The translations under genes and the position numbers were made by a program. A stretch of 64,000 nt of DNA from Polymyxa betae A26-41 (taxonomy: Eukaryota; Protista; Endomyxa: Phytomyxea): positions 1-64,000 of the forward strand of contig RBZT01000424.1 in NCBI GenBank assembly GCA_003693705.1, in the 5' to 3' direction. Position 1 is the stretch's first letter. Every line of letters begins with the position of its first letter. Shown here piece after piece: positions 26,510-40,400 of the stretch. Under the pieces are notes generated by a model, which saw nothing but the letters and a program-made list of their open reading frames with translations, had not been told where the DNA came from and did no database searches.

Positions 26510-28388
26510 ATGACATCGACTCTAGAGCCGGCTCTTGACGAGCCCGGTCTAGTTTCTGATTACGCTCCCATTATCGATGTCGCGCTATCTCGTGGAGAGC
26601 CATCGCCCCCTTCTCGAAAGGCTGATATGCGACAGCTAACGGTTGACAACGAAGAGGATCACAGCAAGGAAGCTAAATGAATGACGTATAGGATCAGTGC
26701 GAGCTCGTATTTGAACGCATGAACAACGCAACGACTTGTGCGAAGCAACTGAACAATTTTTACCAGAAACTTTCGGAGATTGAAAACTCGTATTCGAACG
26801 CGCTTCTAAAACTGGCGCAGTCGACACAGTTTTCAGGATCTGAGTATGGGAATCGTTCCGAAATTCAACAAACTTCTCTGAACCGATATCGCTAGATCAT
26901 TACAAACAACTCTCAGCACACTTTTAGTGTCTGTTGAAATTCGCTCAAGCATTCATGCAAATTTTGCCAATGAATTACAACAAAAATTGGCAAAAGAGAT
27001 GGGCGATCTTTCTAACCAGATGAAGAAGGAAAGGACACAGGTTGAATGATATCAGTTTTTGAGGTTGTTTTGAACGATTTTCCGTTGCAGACACGAAATG
27101 TCTGGGTGGATTCTGAAAAGGCTTTGAGAAATCAGACAACAGCTGTAGAAAAACATTTCCAACGTTATCTGCAGTCGGTCAGAGACGGCGAGAAGGAAGT
27201 GTCGATGAAGAATGAAACCTCATTTTCTGCTGTCAAGGTGTTGACTTTATTAGCTGGTCATTTGAAGTTGAATTTCTGTCCAGAGTGCTGCCAAACAAGA
27301 CAAGAAGATTCAGGAAGCGATTGGACGTTATCGGTGCCGTAAAGAATCCTATGGCGAAGCCGTAGCAACGCATGGCAAGATACGATCACAATATGCCAAA
27401 ACATGCTCGTATATTCTCGCCAATATCGAAGCTACTGATATGTCTCGGCTACATAAGATGCAGGCCTCACTTGAGTTTTATCAACAGAAGCTGAAAGAGG
27501 TTGTTGAGAAGGGCATGCCCCCTGTTGAGATGCTCCGTGAATCTGTTAACGCCATGGACCCGGCTGAGGACGTGACACGATTCGTTGAAAAATATCGAAC
27601 GGAAGTGAAAGACAAATTGCCGCCAGTCATGGAATTCGTCGACATTCGCACCGATCTTGAGGAAGATGCGCCCACGAAATTATCAGTCTCAGGTAATAGG
27701 CATCCATTTCTTCCAGGCCAATTAAATGTTGGTAGAGGCAAAATCGAGGAGTTCGGGATCCGAAGGCTCTGACATGAATATGACAATGAAAGCGTATGCA
27801 ATAACCAATTCGATGGGTCAACTCGACTTGAAGCCTGGCTTGCTATTGCAAAAAAACGACGACAAACACAAAGTAAACCTGCATGTCCATTGCACTGCTT
27901 CGTAACATTCAAGTAGGATTTATTTTATCTGACATTGTACGAATATTCTTCGGATCAGCATGAAGTCCTGTCTTTTGTGGTAATTTGAAGAAAAAATTGG
28001 TTGATCAGCTTGATCAGTGTCAAAGGTTGGCGAGTTTATTCGGCAAGAAGGCGAGGTTCCCGAATCTGATGGATGGGCTTGGGGTCTTTTGAACGGAAAC
28101 ATGGGAATGTTCCCGACGTCTTACTGCCAAAGCTTCTTCCCACAAAAAACCGTTGCTATCTGTGATTTCAACTTAAGTAACTCGTACGTCATTTTCTCTT
28201 TGATCTTTTTTGTTCGGCGCTGATTGTCTTGAAGAGAACCAGATCAATTGCGAGTGCGAGCTGGTGAACCAATTTGGATTCTACACATAAGTGATCAGCA
28301 CTGGGTCTGGGCAGCTGATAGTCGCGGAATTCAAGGCAACTTTCCCTCGTCATACTGCAATCCAACACCACGATCTACTGACGTATAA
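26510..28388 (+). CDS. F-BAR (FCH) domain protein with two C-terminal SH3 domains (multi-exon)
   Basis: FYQKLSEIENSYSNALLKL (FCH); SH3 motifs DGWAWGLLNGNMGMFPTSYC and AICDFN..EPDQLRVRAGE...WVWA....QGNFPSSYC. Confidence 0.8.
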
Positions 28389-28396
28389 ATGTATTT

Positions 28397-28454
28397 CTAA
28401 CGTCTCAAGAGCTAGTAAGCAATGGCTAACGTCTCAAGAGCTAGTAAGCAATGG
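28397..28454. repeat. Perfect 29-bp tandem duplication in convergent 3' region
   Basis: ctaacgtctcaagagctagtaagcaatgg occurs twice in tandem. Confidence 0.9.
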
Positions 28455-28493
28455 CCAACGGCCGTCTATTTATTAATTAAAGCATTGACAACG

Positions 28494-31400
28494 TCACGTG
28501 ACCAGCGAAAGCAGCAGCGCTGTGCCTCGTTTAGCCCAGTAGTTGGGGTCTTTTGCTCCTGATTTCAGATCGACATTGATGATGAATGATGGCCGTTCCC
28601 TTGTTCCAGTTCGAACTGGATACATATACAATGGACAGGAATACAGACCCTTGCCCGATCTACATATTTTAAGATCAGATAATAATTTCGTTGCAATAAC
28701 GTAACATTTGCTACCTTCCACGTCGATTATCAATTGGTTTAAAATGGACAATTGGCATCTTGGCTTCCAGCTGCATCGGGAGTGCATCAGCCAGTGTCAT
28801 AGCGTTCGTATCCCACCGGGCTCCTTCTAAGAACATGCCGCTAATATAGGCGCCTTCTTTCGGGGCCGACAACAGCGTCGACTCATCGCCCTGCATCGGG
28901 ACGAATTCCCAGGACAAGTCGTCTATGGCGATATTGTTGCGACGAGCAGTGCATTGCAATAGAGCCGTCAGCAGACCGGATGGGAAGGTGAACCCGCCCA
29001 ACCAGAATACTTTCAGTGAACCTTCCGTTGCCCATTTGGTTATCTAAGCAGAAAGATAGGTAAGAATATAAATGTTATGATGCTGTGCGTCAAGCTAGCA
29101 AATATCGACACAAGCCAAGCATGTGATGCAAAAGCAACTATCAAATGGTTGAATGTTACTTGGTCTATTCGCTGGCAGAGATCTTTAACCCAAGCTCCGA
29201 GGCTTTTCAATGACGGATAGGCTGAATGCCAATTTTCCGGGACCGATCCAGCAAAGATCGACCCATAGATCTGCTCGAGGGCGGCAGATATAACAACCAG
29301 ACCCTGTCCACAACTAAATCAGCGCTAATAACAGAGAAACTCAGATTTCCACCTTGATTCCTTTTTGCAAATTGATTAACGAACTGCGAATCTTGTCAAG
29401 CAGGACGTTGTATCGGGCAATTTCCTGGACCAGTACGGTACGTAACGGAGCATTGCCTTCGCCAGCGGCCATGAACTGGCCTGTATCGGTTGGAAGCTGC
29501 GACGGGATCTGCTCTAGAAGCTGATCGATCAAGTTCAACATGATCTGTTCTTGGCTCTGACCGCCACCATCTGCAGTCCTCGGCTGCAATGATAACAGCG
29601 CTTGAAGCAGAGTCGAAGTTTCCGTCTGATAACAAAGCGTAAGCACAGGAAATATTCAGAAAATATTGAAATAATGGCATGGCTATTGGAACATTTGAAG
29701 TTGAGGTTATCGATACCATTTGGGCGTTAATGTCAGCGTTCGGGTGCTGACCAAATGCTTCAGGATGGTCTGAACCGGTTGGAAGACTTTTAAGATAAAC
29801 AAGAACATCTTGATTATCATCTGGAATATAATACGTGTCCAATACAGAAAATTTGAAATTCTTTTCAGTTAATACGGATTCGTTGAAAAACCTGACCAAT
29901 ATCAGACAACAGCAATGATCAGTTGTTGATTCCCCGTACTGGTCCACATAAACGTTCAAAAGACGTCGGTCGCGATCGTCCGTAACCCGACCACCATAGT
30001 TTGCTTCAGCGATTAAGTATTTAAGGGCCTCCCATGGAGTCTCATGTTCATCAAGGTATAGTCTGACAATCGATTCACAGACAGCGAAATCGCTGTCATT
30101 GAACCCATAGCCAATATTCCAGCCCAGTGAGCCGAATTTCCTTCGCTCTAACAGCACAGAATGGAACCAACATAAACTCATCACCTATGTGCAAATATTA
30201 ACAAAAGTAGAGCGAATCAGAAACAGTTACGAACCAGTCGGCGATATTTCGACGGTCGCGATACCTGTGCGAATCGTTCTGGTTTAACGCCCGTGTACAG
30301 CCGTAATAAATTGGCACGAAGACCGCGAGGAGGTTCGGTGGTCACCTTCACGCCGCGCTGCAAAATCGAGATCGGAAATTTCCGGTGCTAAAACAAAAAC
30401 ATTGACTAGGTGAAAACGAATGCAATGAGATTATCTAACTGGATCACTGGACAACCAGAGGCGGAAGTTCGGATGTGGTGGTGTCGGGCCAGTACAGTAC
30501 GCCTCGATGAGAGATTCCAATTCCGGCATCCAAGAAATCGATAAATGACAATTGGCGAAAAATACCCAGAATCCCTTGGAGATTCCAGCCGCTAATAAAC
30601 GCCGAGCTGGAGTTTCCTGGCCTTGACCAAGAGATATCTCCTCCACCTAATCAATTAGATCAATACAATATTAATATGGATCCGGGAGATATAGTGTTGC
30701 CTGAATGTTGTTCTGTGCAGATAGTTGCCGCAGCATGGTCGATGGATCAGCACCAGCAGATAGCACAAATATGATAGGTGACAGAGGCGTTGAATCAGCG
30801 AACACTTGTGCCAAATCCATCGGGGGAGGTTCCACAAATAACGGCCCCAAATTCTTTGAAATGAACCTACAAACACATGTGAACAGATAAAAGGATGAAT
30901 AGAAACGTCACCAACTTTCGAGCACAATGAACGACCCGATCAGGACGGAAAACACGCAGAAGAATCATTCGCTGCAGATCGTCGATTGATGATTGCCATT
31001 CTCCTGGTAATAATGAAGTCTCAGGTGATTCTGAATGTGCCCATTGCTTCCATCCACGATGATTCTGTTCCACACTGTTCACCAAATTCTTGAAGGCAGT
31101 TGTGTGCCCGTCTAATGCGAGAATCTGAACGAATCATTTAGCATGATGACATTCAAAGTTGTTAGATGAACACTATGAACGAAATACAACGGAGGTCATG
31201 AAGAAAGACCAGATAAAAGGATGTGAACCAAACTGGGAATACTGGACCTGATCCCAGAGATTGTCACTAATCCAATCAGGACTTGGATTCAATGCTTTAG
31301 TACGTGATGGTGGTAATCCTCCCCGTAACAAGAACAGATATTCGTCGTTGTTAATCTTGCCTTCAGATGCCATCTTTTTCACACACATCTGGAACGATAA

Positions 31401-34400
31401 TAGCAATTTGTGCTTTTCGAAAAGTCCCCGGCATGTATATCTAAAACCAAGATAAGCAGATTTCTAGACCCTTTTCCAAAACAATCCAGGAAAGTGAAGG
31501 ATGATTAAAAAGCAGATTTGTTACTTGTAAACAGAATCGGTATGATATTGATTCAGAGTACGAACACGTTCTTTAACATCTAACGTGCCCTTCGGTTTTC
31601 GAGATTTATCGATAGAAAGGCGGAACAGCTGAAAGTACGCGTCCAATGAGAATTGATACATTGGGTCGATAGAAGCTAAATCATTCAGGACAAAATAAAG
31701 GATCGCAGCTCGAGCAGCTGCAGGTCTGTATGATTCACGAGCTGCCTGTATGATAATTAGCAGCTTTCATTCGGTGACAATCTGTAATATTACATCAATT
31801 TGTTTCTCGGTTTCTTCAGATACACGAAGATCTTCAGTAACCGCCTCGCTTGTGTGTTTTGACGCCTAAATACAGTTTTAAAGAGATTGCACGTAGATAA
31901 TGGCGCCCAACCTGCAATGTATTGATGAGATCTTCATCGTCGAGGAGAGATCCGGAGGCAGTTTTCAAAAGCGATAGAATTTGGTTCTCTAATTCCACAA
32001 GACGTCGTTTGTTGTTGGCAACAGCAATAACCAGGGCGCTCTTGTCTTCTTCAAGTTTTGGCTGCTCAATTCGAACAACGAATCCCAACAGCTGGTCCTC
32101 AAGTCCCTTCTCTTTCACCGCGAAATTCACAATTGTACATTTCGCGCACGTCTGTAGAACAAAATCATGATTTCAGAAAAGGGCTTTGAATAGGCTCCAT
32201 CAGATTTAAATTCGTTCGGTAAAAAGTAATGAGAAAACTGCTATAAACGATGGACCTCAGGCGGGTAATGAGGGTTCTGAAGCCGGGTCGTCATCCAGAA
32301 TAGAAACGAATCGCTATAATCGAGCTTCTTGTCACCAAGACGAATGTACCTGTCCATGGATCAGTACGACCAACCGATGCGATTAGGTAGAAACGAACTT
32401 GCGGCCGTTTTCGATAATAATTTGTTTGAGTAGGATTGGATCGAGACTTGGGTCAATAACATCTCCAACATCCTGCATTAAAACTGGAATACCAAACTGT
32501 ACAGCTTGCTCCAATATTCGTGAAAATTCTTTATCTTTGGTGTCAACCGTCTTCAAAGATTTCCCATGGAACGCTTTCGCCCATTTATTCGCCTGCTCTT
32601 GCGGATCAACCTATTCACATTAATAAGTCAGAAGGACAGAGCTGAATGAGCAACAATAATAAAATTCGTTTGATTGCTACCATTAGTGGCCATCTAAGTC
32701 CTCGTGTTACTAACAATCCATTCTCAATACTGAATTCATCCGAAGGTAATCCCTAATGGAACATTCAGAATCACAATTACGAGAATTTGTCAATTGATCG
32801 ATTGAAAAGCGCTCCGGTACCTGGATTTGCCAATCACGAACATCAGTTGGCGAGGCCAAGAATCGCGAGGCGCTGAAATCAGGAGAGAATGGGATCTGGT
32901 TGGATCGGACCGATGCCAACCACAGCTTGATCAAGTCGGTTCGGTATCGGGCCAGGAATGGGCCAGTATACGACAGGAATGCAGCCGCTACAGCACAATC
33001 ACCGACAAGGTATCCGAGCTACATTGAATCAATGATCAGATGGTCTTCTTTTCAGGCAGATTGTAATACAATGCATCAATACAAATTCAGTAACTTGGTT
33101 GCAATGGGCCAAATTTTAAATAAAGAGAGATGAAACTTGAAAAACAGAACTCGAATAGAAAAGAAACGGTTTAATGATACCTGTTCGTCAAGATCAGCAA
33201 TCGAAGCCTGCCATCTGGATCTTTCGCTGCCGAGACCGGAGACCAATTTATCGGCGCGTGACAATTTGGCTTCGAGAGATTCGGCGGCCTTACGCAGGAC
33301 GTTCTTCTCGGTTTCACTGTTCTCGTATCGTACTTCAAGATTAGCGACCTGTTCCTTGACTTTGGCCAATTTCTCCTGCATGATTCGAAGTTGTTTCTGT
33401 TTAATCTCCAACGAAGCTATCGCCTGCAGACGTTGAGTATACGGTTTGAAATCGAAATCGAAGCAAATGAACCTCTTTGAGAGCAGCGCGTTTTGGAGCG
33501 ACAGTCCTGAAAGTAATGGCATAAATCTCCATAGCAACGACCCAATCGCAGAGTGCAGCTGCTGCTAAGCTCTTCTTGGCAACTTTCTCAGCTGTGAAAT
33601 CTTTCGAAGAAGTGTACTTAGAGATCTTCTTTAACGTTGCCGATGGGATGTTGTCCTTGTCGAACTGCTTCAAACGAAGCAAAAAATTGGCATCGCTTAG
33701 CTCCTTCTTCGCAGTTGCCCAAGACGCCTAAATCGACAGAAATGATAGTTCAGGGCAAGACGAAGCTGAAATAGGAAAGGATTGACCTCTTTACCCATAA
33801 CGACCATAACAGCACTCATGACCTGATTGACAATCGGAGGTGGCTTTGTGTAAGATTTAACTTCAGTGATGGAATTCTTATCGAGTTTCTCAAGAGCTGC
33901 CATTGCCTTCTCTAACGCAGGTAGTGCTTTCTCCAAATCGGCCTGGGCCGAAGAAGCGATCGCTTGACATTCCTTCTCCTCAGCCGATGTCTTTGTCGCT
34001 TCGATTTCCACCTATTTTCCTGTCATTTGAAGCCGCTTTTTAATGCAATTCGCGCAGATAGATGACAATTTGACAATAACAATAAAAATAAAAAATTGAC
34101 CTGTTTCCGTTGTTCTTCAGCAGCTCGTTGTTGCGAAACAATTTCGACCAGTAGCTTCTCGCAATCGCTTTTCTTCACAGCGACGACTTTTCGTTTTTCT
34201 TCAAGTTCAACGGTCATTTCAGCGACCTGAGCGCGACTTTCATCGAGCTTTGATAAACCGTTACGCAGCTTATCGGCGGCATCGCCTAGCTGGGTTCGTT
34301 TTTCGATTAATAAGCGACGATATCCGGCTACGAGATCAAGATAATTGGTAGGAGTCACGTATGTATAACGTAGTAACTCCTGTCCCATTCGTTGGGCGCC

Positions 34401-37400
34401 TTCTTGAACCGAGATGTGAGCACGACAGAATACTTGTGCAAGACGATCCTAAAACGAATAGTTTGATGATAGGTAGAAAACCATTTGGGACTCAGATGAT
34501 GGAGTCTCTAAAACAAACCAAAACTTGGGCAACAATTTCAAGAGACAATAGCATATACAATAACAACAGAAAAATCTTTGAAATCACAGCTAGTAATGCT
34601 AAAGCCGACAGACGATGGGTAAAAGGAGATGAATCGTGATTAAAGAGCAAGAAATGATGAGCCATTACCTGAATGTCTTTTTCGCGTGACGACTCCCCGA
34701 AATTAGTATCAACAAGGAACTTGGAAGCAACCTCGTTAAGGGCCTTCTCTGGCCATTCAGCGAAGAAATCAATTGTTGTGTTATTAACAATGGCAGGATA
34801 CATTCGAATTCGATCTCGGAATTCTGCCCCCACAGGTGACATACAAAGAACGATGTTGATACGTTGTCGGACGCGATCAATGAAGTACGAGTAGACACCA
34901 TCGTCGGTTTGACCCTTGCCCTCTTCAATCGCTTGCGGCCTATGAGAAGCATATTATGATCTGGCATTTGATGAGGCAAATGCAACTGTATTCAGAACCC
35001 GAACACCCTGAACAATATTAAATCCTGACCTGATTGCTTCAAGAATTGGTTGGAGCTCATCAGGCGGGAACAGATTTGGGACTTCGCCCGATGAAAGGAT
35101 ATTATTAATATCTTCGAGGAAGCTGTTATGAATGAGCTGAGTATCTGTGATTAAGAAGAGCGAACGTTGCCCTGTAACACCGGCTGTCTGATACAGCTGT
35201 TTGAGATATTCACGGAAATCCACCAAACGGTATGACTTTGTGATTTCAATTTGTGAGACTGGGATCTGTTAAAGCTTAGAAAGGTCTCAGGTTGACAATT
35301 AAGTAATATTACTTCAGCAATATAAGCTGCTAGACGGGTCAGGCTCTGTCTCCCGCTACCGCCCACACCGATTATGAGGGCATTTCCTCGCGGTTGAGAG
35401 ATGATTCGGTAGATGCGAACAACGTGTTCAACAGCGTCATCGAAGAGAACCAAGTTCATAGCAGCATTACCCGGAAACATGTTGTAAAAGTCAAGTTTCT
35501 CGCTCACGAAAGATTTCACCACCTCACGATTCGGCATCTCTTGATAGCTCGGCGTCGCGCCTTCCTCCAAAGATCCCTATCAGGAACAATCAGCAACTTC
35601 CGCTGAAAACATTGAAAGCCTCAATTGACGATTCGTAAACAAAAGTCTCCTAAAGAATAAAGAAAATTCGTATTGCTGATTACATCAGAAAGGAAGGCGC
35701 CGAATAATGGATCACTTTCAGCAGTGCCGAACAGATTGTCCCAAGATGTTGCAAATAAAGTATCGAGCTGTTGTCCCACAAGACCCTTGAATGTAAGTCT
35801 ATCTACTGCATCCACCAATCGATCATGAAATACTCTCATACATTCATGGACCCAAAGTCGGATGAAATTTTCTCGCGTATCGTACAGGTTGGGATCTGAC
35901 AGCAATAAACCGCCCGTTACCTATCAACATGTCAGTCCCCAGCTATGAACAATTTATCGAACAATTGTCGGATTACCTTTGCCATGTCACGAAGATTGAA
36001 GAGATAATGCGATTTCGAAGGGGTTGGCAGGAATGATTCGATGACTTTCTTGTAGAGCGCCAGCGTCGCCTCCGTACATACTGAAGCTAATGGTTTCACC
36101 TGAGATATTATTAATGGGTGATGGAGGTGTAGATAAGGAATCAGTCACCAACCTGTTCATCAAATGGTGACAGCTTCGCAGCAATAATCGTGCCAAATAT
36201 ACGTTTGATCTGGGAGTCGCTTGGGTTAGTCAGATTGACGAGATTGAATCGGCTTTGAAGGCGAGAAGAGATAACGCTGCGTCCTCCACCGGGAGGTCCC
36301 ATAGCAGCAATCAGCTGATTGTAATGTCAGCGAACATCTTCACAATTGTCGTTTGACTAATTAAAAAGCAAAATGGGATCAAATACAACATACAGACCAT
36401 TTGAACAGTATTGGACAGAACTGACACAGAAAATCTCAATCCAATAAAAGAACGATCCAATTGAATTTAACTAAAAACGACGGCCAGTAACGGCTCAAAA
36501 CAATGTCATTTTTAAAGTGGACGAACCTGCATATCTAAGATCGTCTTTAAAGTCTGCTTAGATCGATCATACCAAGATCCCCAGTTAATCCATTGTCGAA
36601 GTAATTCATTGGGCGGCTGTGATCCATATGGATCGGGTGTAGGCATGTTTAAGTCGTCAATAAACACCAACAGACGTCCCCGACCATTCGATGGACCGAA
36701 ACTGTTTCGCTGTCGTTTCTCCAGACGGCTTTCCAGCATGGTCTGAGCCACGTTCGAGCTCGTGGCGGACGAGAAGTTTAACGTCATCGTGACGGTTTTG
36801 GAATCTTCATTGGCAGCAAGCAGGGCCTGGGCCAGAACAGATTTTCCGGTACCAGTTTCACCGACGAAAAGAGTCGCATGACGAGCGCTGATTAAGCACG
36901 AACCGATGAATGAATTTCGAACTGTATCGACAGTCGGCACGACTATGGAATATCTACAGCAGCAGTTTAGGGTTGAATTAACAGCGAATCCTGATGTAAA
37001 TGAAACTGAAGGAATGAGGCGGCCAGCAACAGAAAGCAATTTCTCGGCCAGAATAAATTTGAACGAATCAACAAGTTTCGCCTGAAACTACTATGAAATG
37101 TTTTTCTGAAACAGTCAAACAAGGTTTTGGAAGCATCAAAACAGTGGTTGAAATTGCATTGATTCCACTTACATTGGGACATTTGACGGAAGCGCCCATG
37201 TATTTGTGACTCGCTCCTCCCATGTAACCCAATCACGTTTTGCTCCATCAATAAAGTAATCGTAGACCATATTGAGGCCCGGGAATCCAGCTTCATGTTC
37301 ACGCATCCATTCGTCGATCCGAAGACGGCCAGCATCATCAACAGCCCCTCCCACCGACCAAACACACGCGAACAACACCCAACTCTCGATCATTCGTGCT

Positions 37401-40400
37401 CGAACGCTTCCAGCAAATTCGGCGCCACCTGTTAGTAAGATTATTACATCCCGCAAGACCGCCTAACGTTGAAAATTTCAAAACGATAAGTAGAGCTCTA
37501 AAGAGGACGATTTTGAAAACAACTGCGAAAGGTTTTAATACTGTTTTGGGACGAAGATACATCGACGCCGTTGTTCGGTGTAGCGAGAGCATCATATAAA
37601 CGTGTCAGCGATTGTAGGGCGTTGAAAGCAGAGATGGGCACAAGTTCACGTATGTTGGCGCTGCGCTTGAATTCCAAGAGCGGTATAACGATGCGGTCAA
37701 GCACGGAACGAATCAGGGCAGACTGATCAGGGTCCTTCTTACTCAACCAGGTTTCGATGAACGGCTGCCATCCAATGCCATCTTTATCAATGTAAATCTG
37801 AGAGAATGATGAACAAACATGTGAGAAGCGATGTCGGCGTCATACCATCCCAGCTCGGGAAACTGTTGCAGGGGAAGCCTGGCAGAGATTTTGTACTTCA
37901 AAGACGAGTGAAATGGATGGCGTCAAAGCGATACGGTCACCGTTAATCAAAGTTAAAATTTTGTTGTCATCGAGGACAGTATTCATGGATTCAATCCATA
38001 ATGTATCGACAGGTCCATCGAGAACAATCCATTTCTCGCTGTCTGCTTCGCTGGAGCAGAACCGTCGTAGAACCGATGAAATAACCCCATCAGTCCATTC
38101 ACGGGTATTGAGGTCATATGATCCATATAGCTCATTGTTGTTTAAGGCCTTAGGATTGATTATGGCAGTTTCAACCTGGTCAATGAACTTAACAAAAGTT
38201 GAACGTAGAGCATAAAATGAATGAAGTAAATGCAAACTGTTTTGAACTTGGAAGTATTGCTGAAGTGATTGCAGGAAACAGATCGTGTTATCTGATTAAA
38301 AAGCGAACTCACCTTTTTGAAAGGAGATCCCAGCTCAGTGCTTAATGCCGATAATGTTCTTTGCAGCATTGACCAGATAGTAGTCTTACCAGCGAGTGAT
38401 TCTCCTACAACCATGTTCCCATGACGGGTTCGCTTCGACTCATACAGTTGCAATATTTTCTCGATGAGGATCGGATGAGCCTGTAAACCTTCCGAAGCCA
38501 ATTCCGCCTAAACCAATATATTACGAACGGTCGCGTGTAACGGCGTCTCCATACTCGAATGACATCCTCGAAATGTTTCTGGTTGATAGCGGCCGGCTCC
38601 AGTCCAGGAAAGAGATCCTGCATTAAACCATTAAACAGAATCGCGTCTTCCGAGACGAATTTTGGAATATTCATGTCATGCAGGGCCCGGTGCAGTACGA
38701 CCTGCAAAAGTAAGTCGTACTTCTGGAGACAAAGATTTGTAATAAACCTCTTCTGGTTGGTCGGGAGTCTCTCGAGAAATGACACCAGCTCGATTCAACA
38801 CCGATTTCACAGCACGAAGACCAAAGTCGTAATGTTCTTGCTTGGAGAATTGCTGCTCCATTAGGCTGTATAAGGTGACGATCTTTCTAGCCAGCGAACG
38901 CGCCTCTTTGAATCCTTCCGCTTGGAGCATGATCTCGGCGATCAGGGCGAAATCGGGTACCATCATGGCTACTGGTCGGAATAATGACTTCAGATTATCA
39001 GGCAGCTCTGTTCGACCAGCATAGCTGTAGTGCAAATAAACATTTTTTTTGACTTTGCAAAACCAATTGAAAAAGTTTAAAGCAGCTGGTAAAATGATGG
39101 GAGGCTAACCCTGGATTCATTGTAATGAAGATGCCCACAGTACGAATTAGGCGAATCTGGGCGCCTTCGAACAGAAAGTAGTCTTTGCCATCAGCGACGG
39201 CTGTGAAAATAGACGAGATCTGCTGCGCCACGACACTCAAGACTTCGATCAGAATGCGATTAAATTCGTCGAAACATCCCCAGGCCCCAGTCTGGGCCAA
39301 TCCCGAATACCTGAAATCGTCAATGTCACCCTGAAGATTTGAACAGTTTCAATAATTACAGTGTCGCTAATGATTTGTAATCCATAGCATCAGAGCAGTT
39401 AAACACGATGACGAAATTTCCCATAGCCTTGCCAAGGTCTTTAACAGTTTCAGTCTTGCCAGTACCAGCAGGACCTTGCGGCGAACCGCCCAGATGTCTG
39501 AAATAAATTCAATTCAGCAAAGTTTTGCGAAACGATAAAACGGGCCATAAATAAGTGAAGTGAGAAAATTCTTTCTCATCGGAATATCAACTGAACAGGT
39601 GAACAGGTTGAAAGAACAAGAAGGCATTCAGAGAAAAACGGTTCTTGATTAAAAAAGTGAAATTGCGTACAGATGGAGAGCAGTTGTTAAAGTGAGATAG
39701 CAACGATCAGTAAGAGGAGTAACAGCTAATCGACCATTATTGCCTTGGTATTCATATCCATAGGCGAATGACGTGTTTGTTTGACGAACATGACATTCGC
39801 CATAGTCGCCCTCGTTACGATCGTAGTAAAATCGCAGCTGCGAAGTCCACTGGAACTGCTCGGCCGAAGTTACATTGTGTTTCAGCATTTTTTCAATTAC
39901 GTCTCGAGCGTGGACTTCGATCGTAATCAAAGCGACCAGCTTGAGACGATCCACATGCGATAGGTCACCACGAATCAGAACGGTTAATCGTTCCAAGTAT
40001 CTACATGGAATTTGAAAAATGCTCAAATGGTAAAAAATAATACGCTATCACCTGTACCAACGATTTCGTTGTTGTTTGAGCGCCTTACGGGCCTTATGAG
40101 GGTCTTGTAATGCTTTTGTGCATTCCATTGTCCAAGCAATCTAAAGAAGCCAAGATGAGTGACAAGAAGAAATTCAAAGAGGATGTCAGAAACAGCATAA
40201 GAGCGGCGTTCGGAAACAGCAAAGAAACTTCAAATAAAGTTTTGCAACTAACCTGTCCCGAAGTAATGAGCAATTGACCGATAGTAGACCGAATCCAATT
40301 TTCTCGTTTCGACATGGATTTCAATACAGCCGAGACTGCCTCCTGCATCTGCTTCCGCAATGTCTCTCGCATCGATTTCTCAACTTTGATCAACCAGAGC

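Noticed and set aside
28397-28454. 29-bp direct repeats as a CRISPR array
   Set aside because: The copies are adjacent with no spacers, and the context is eukaryotic.
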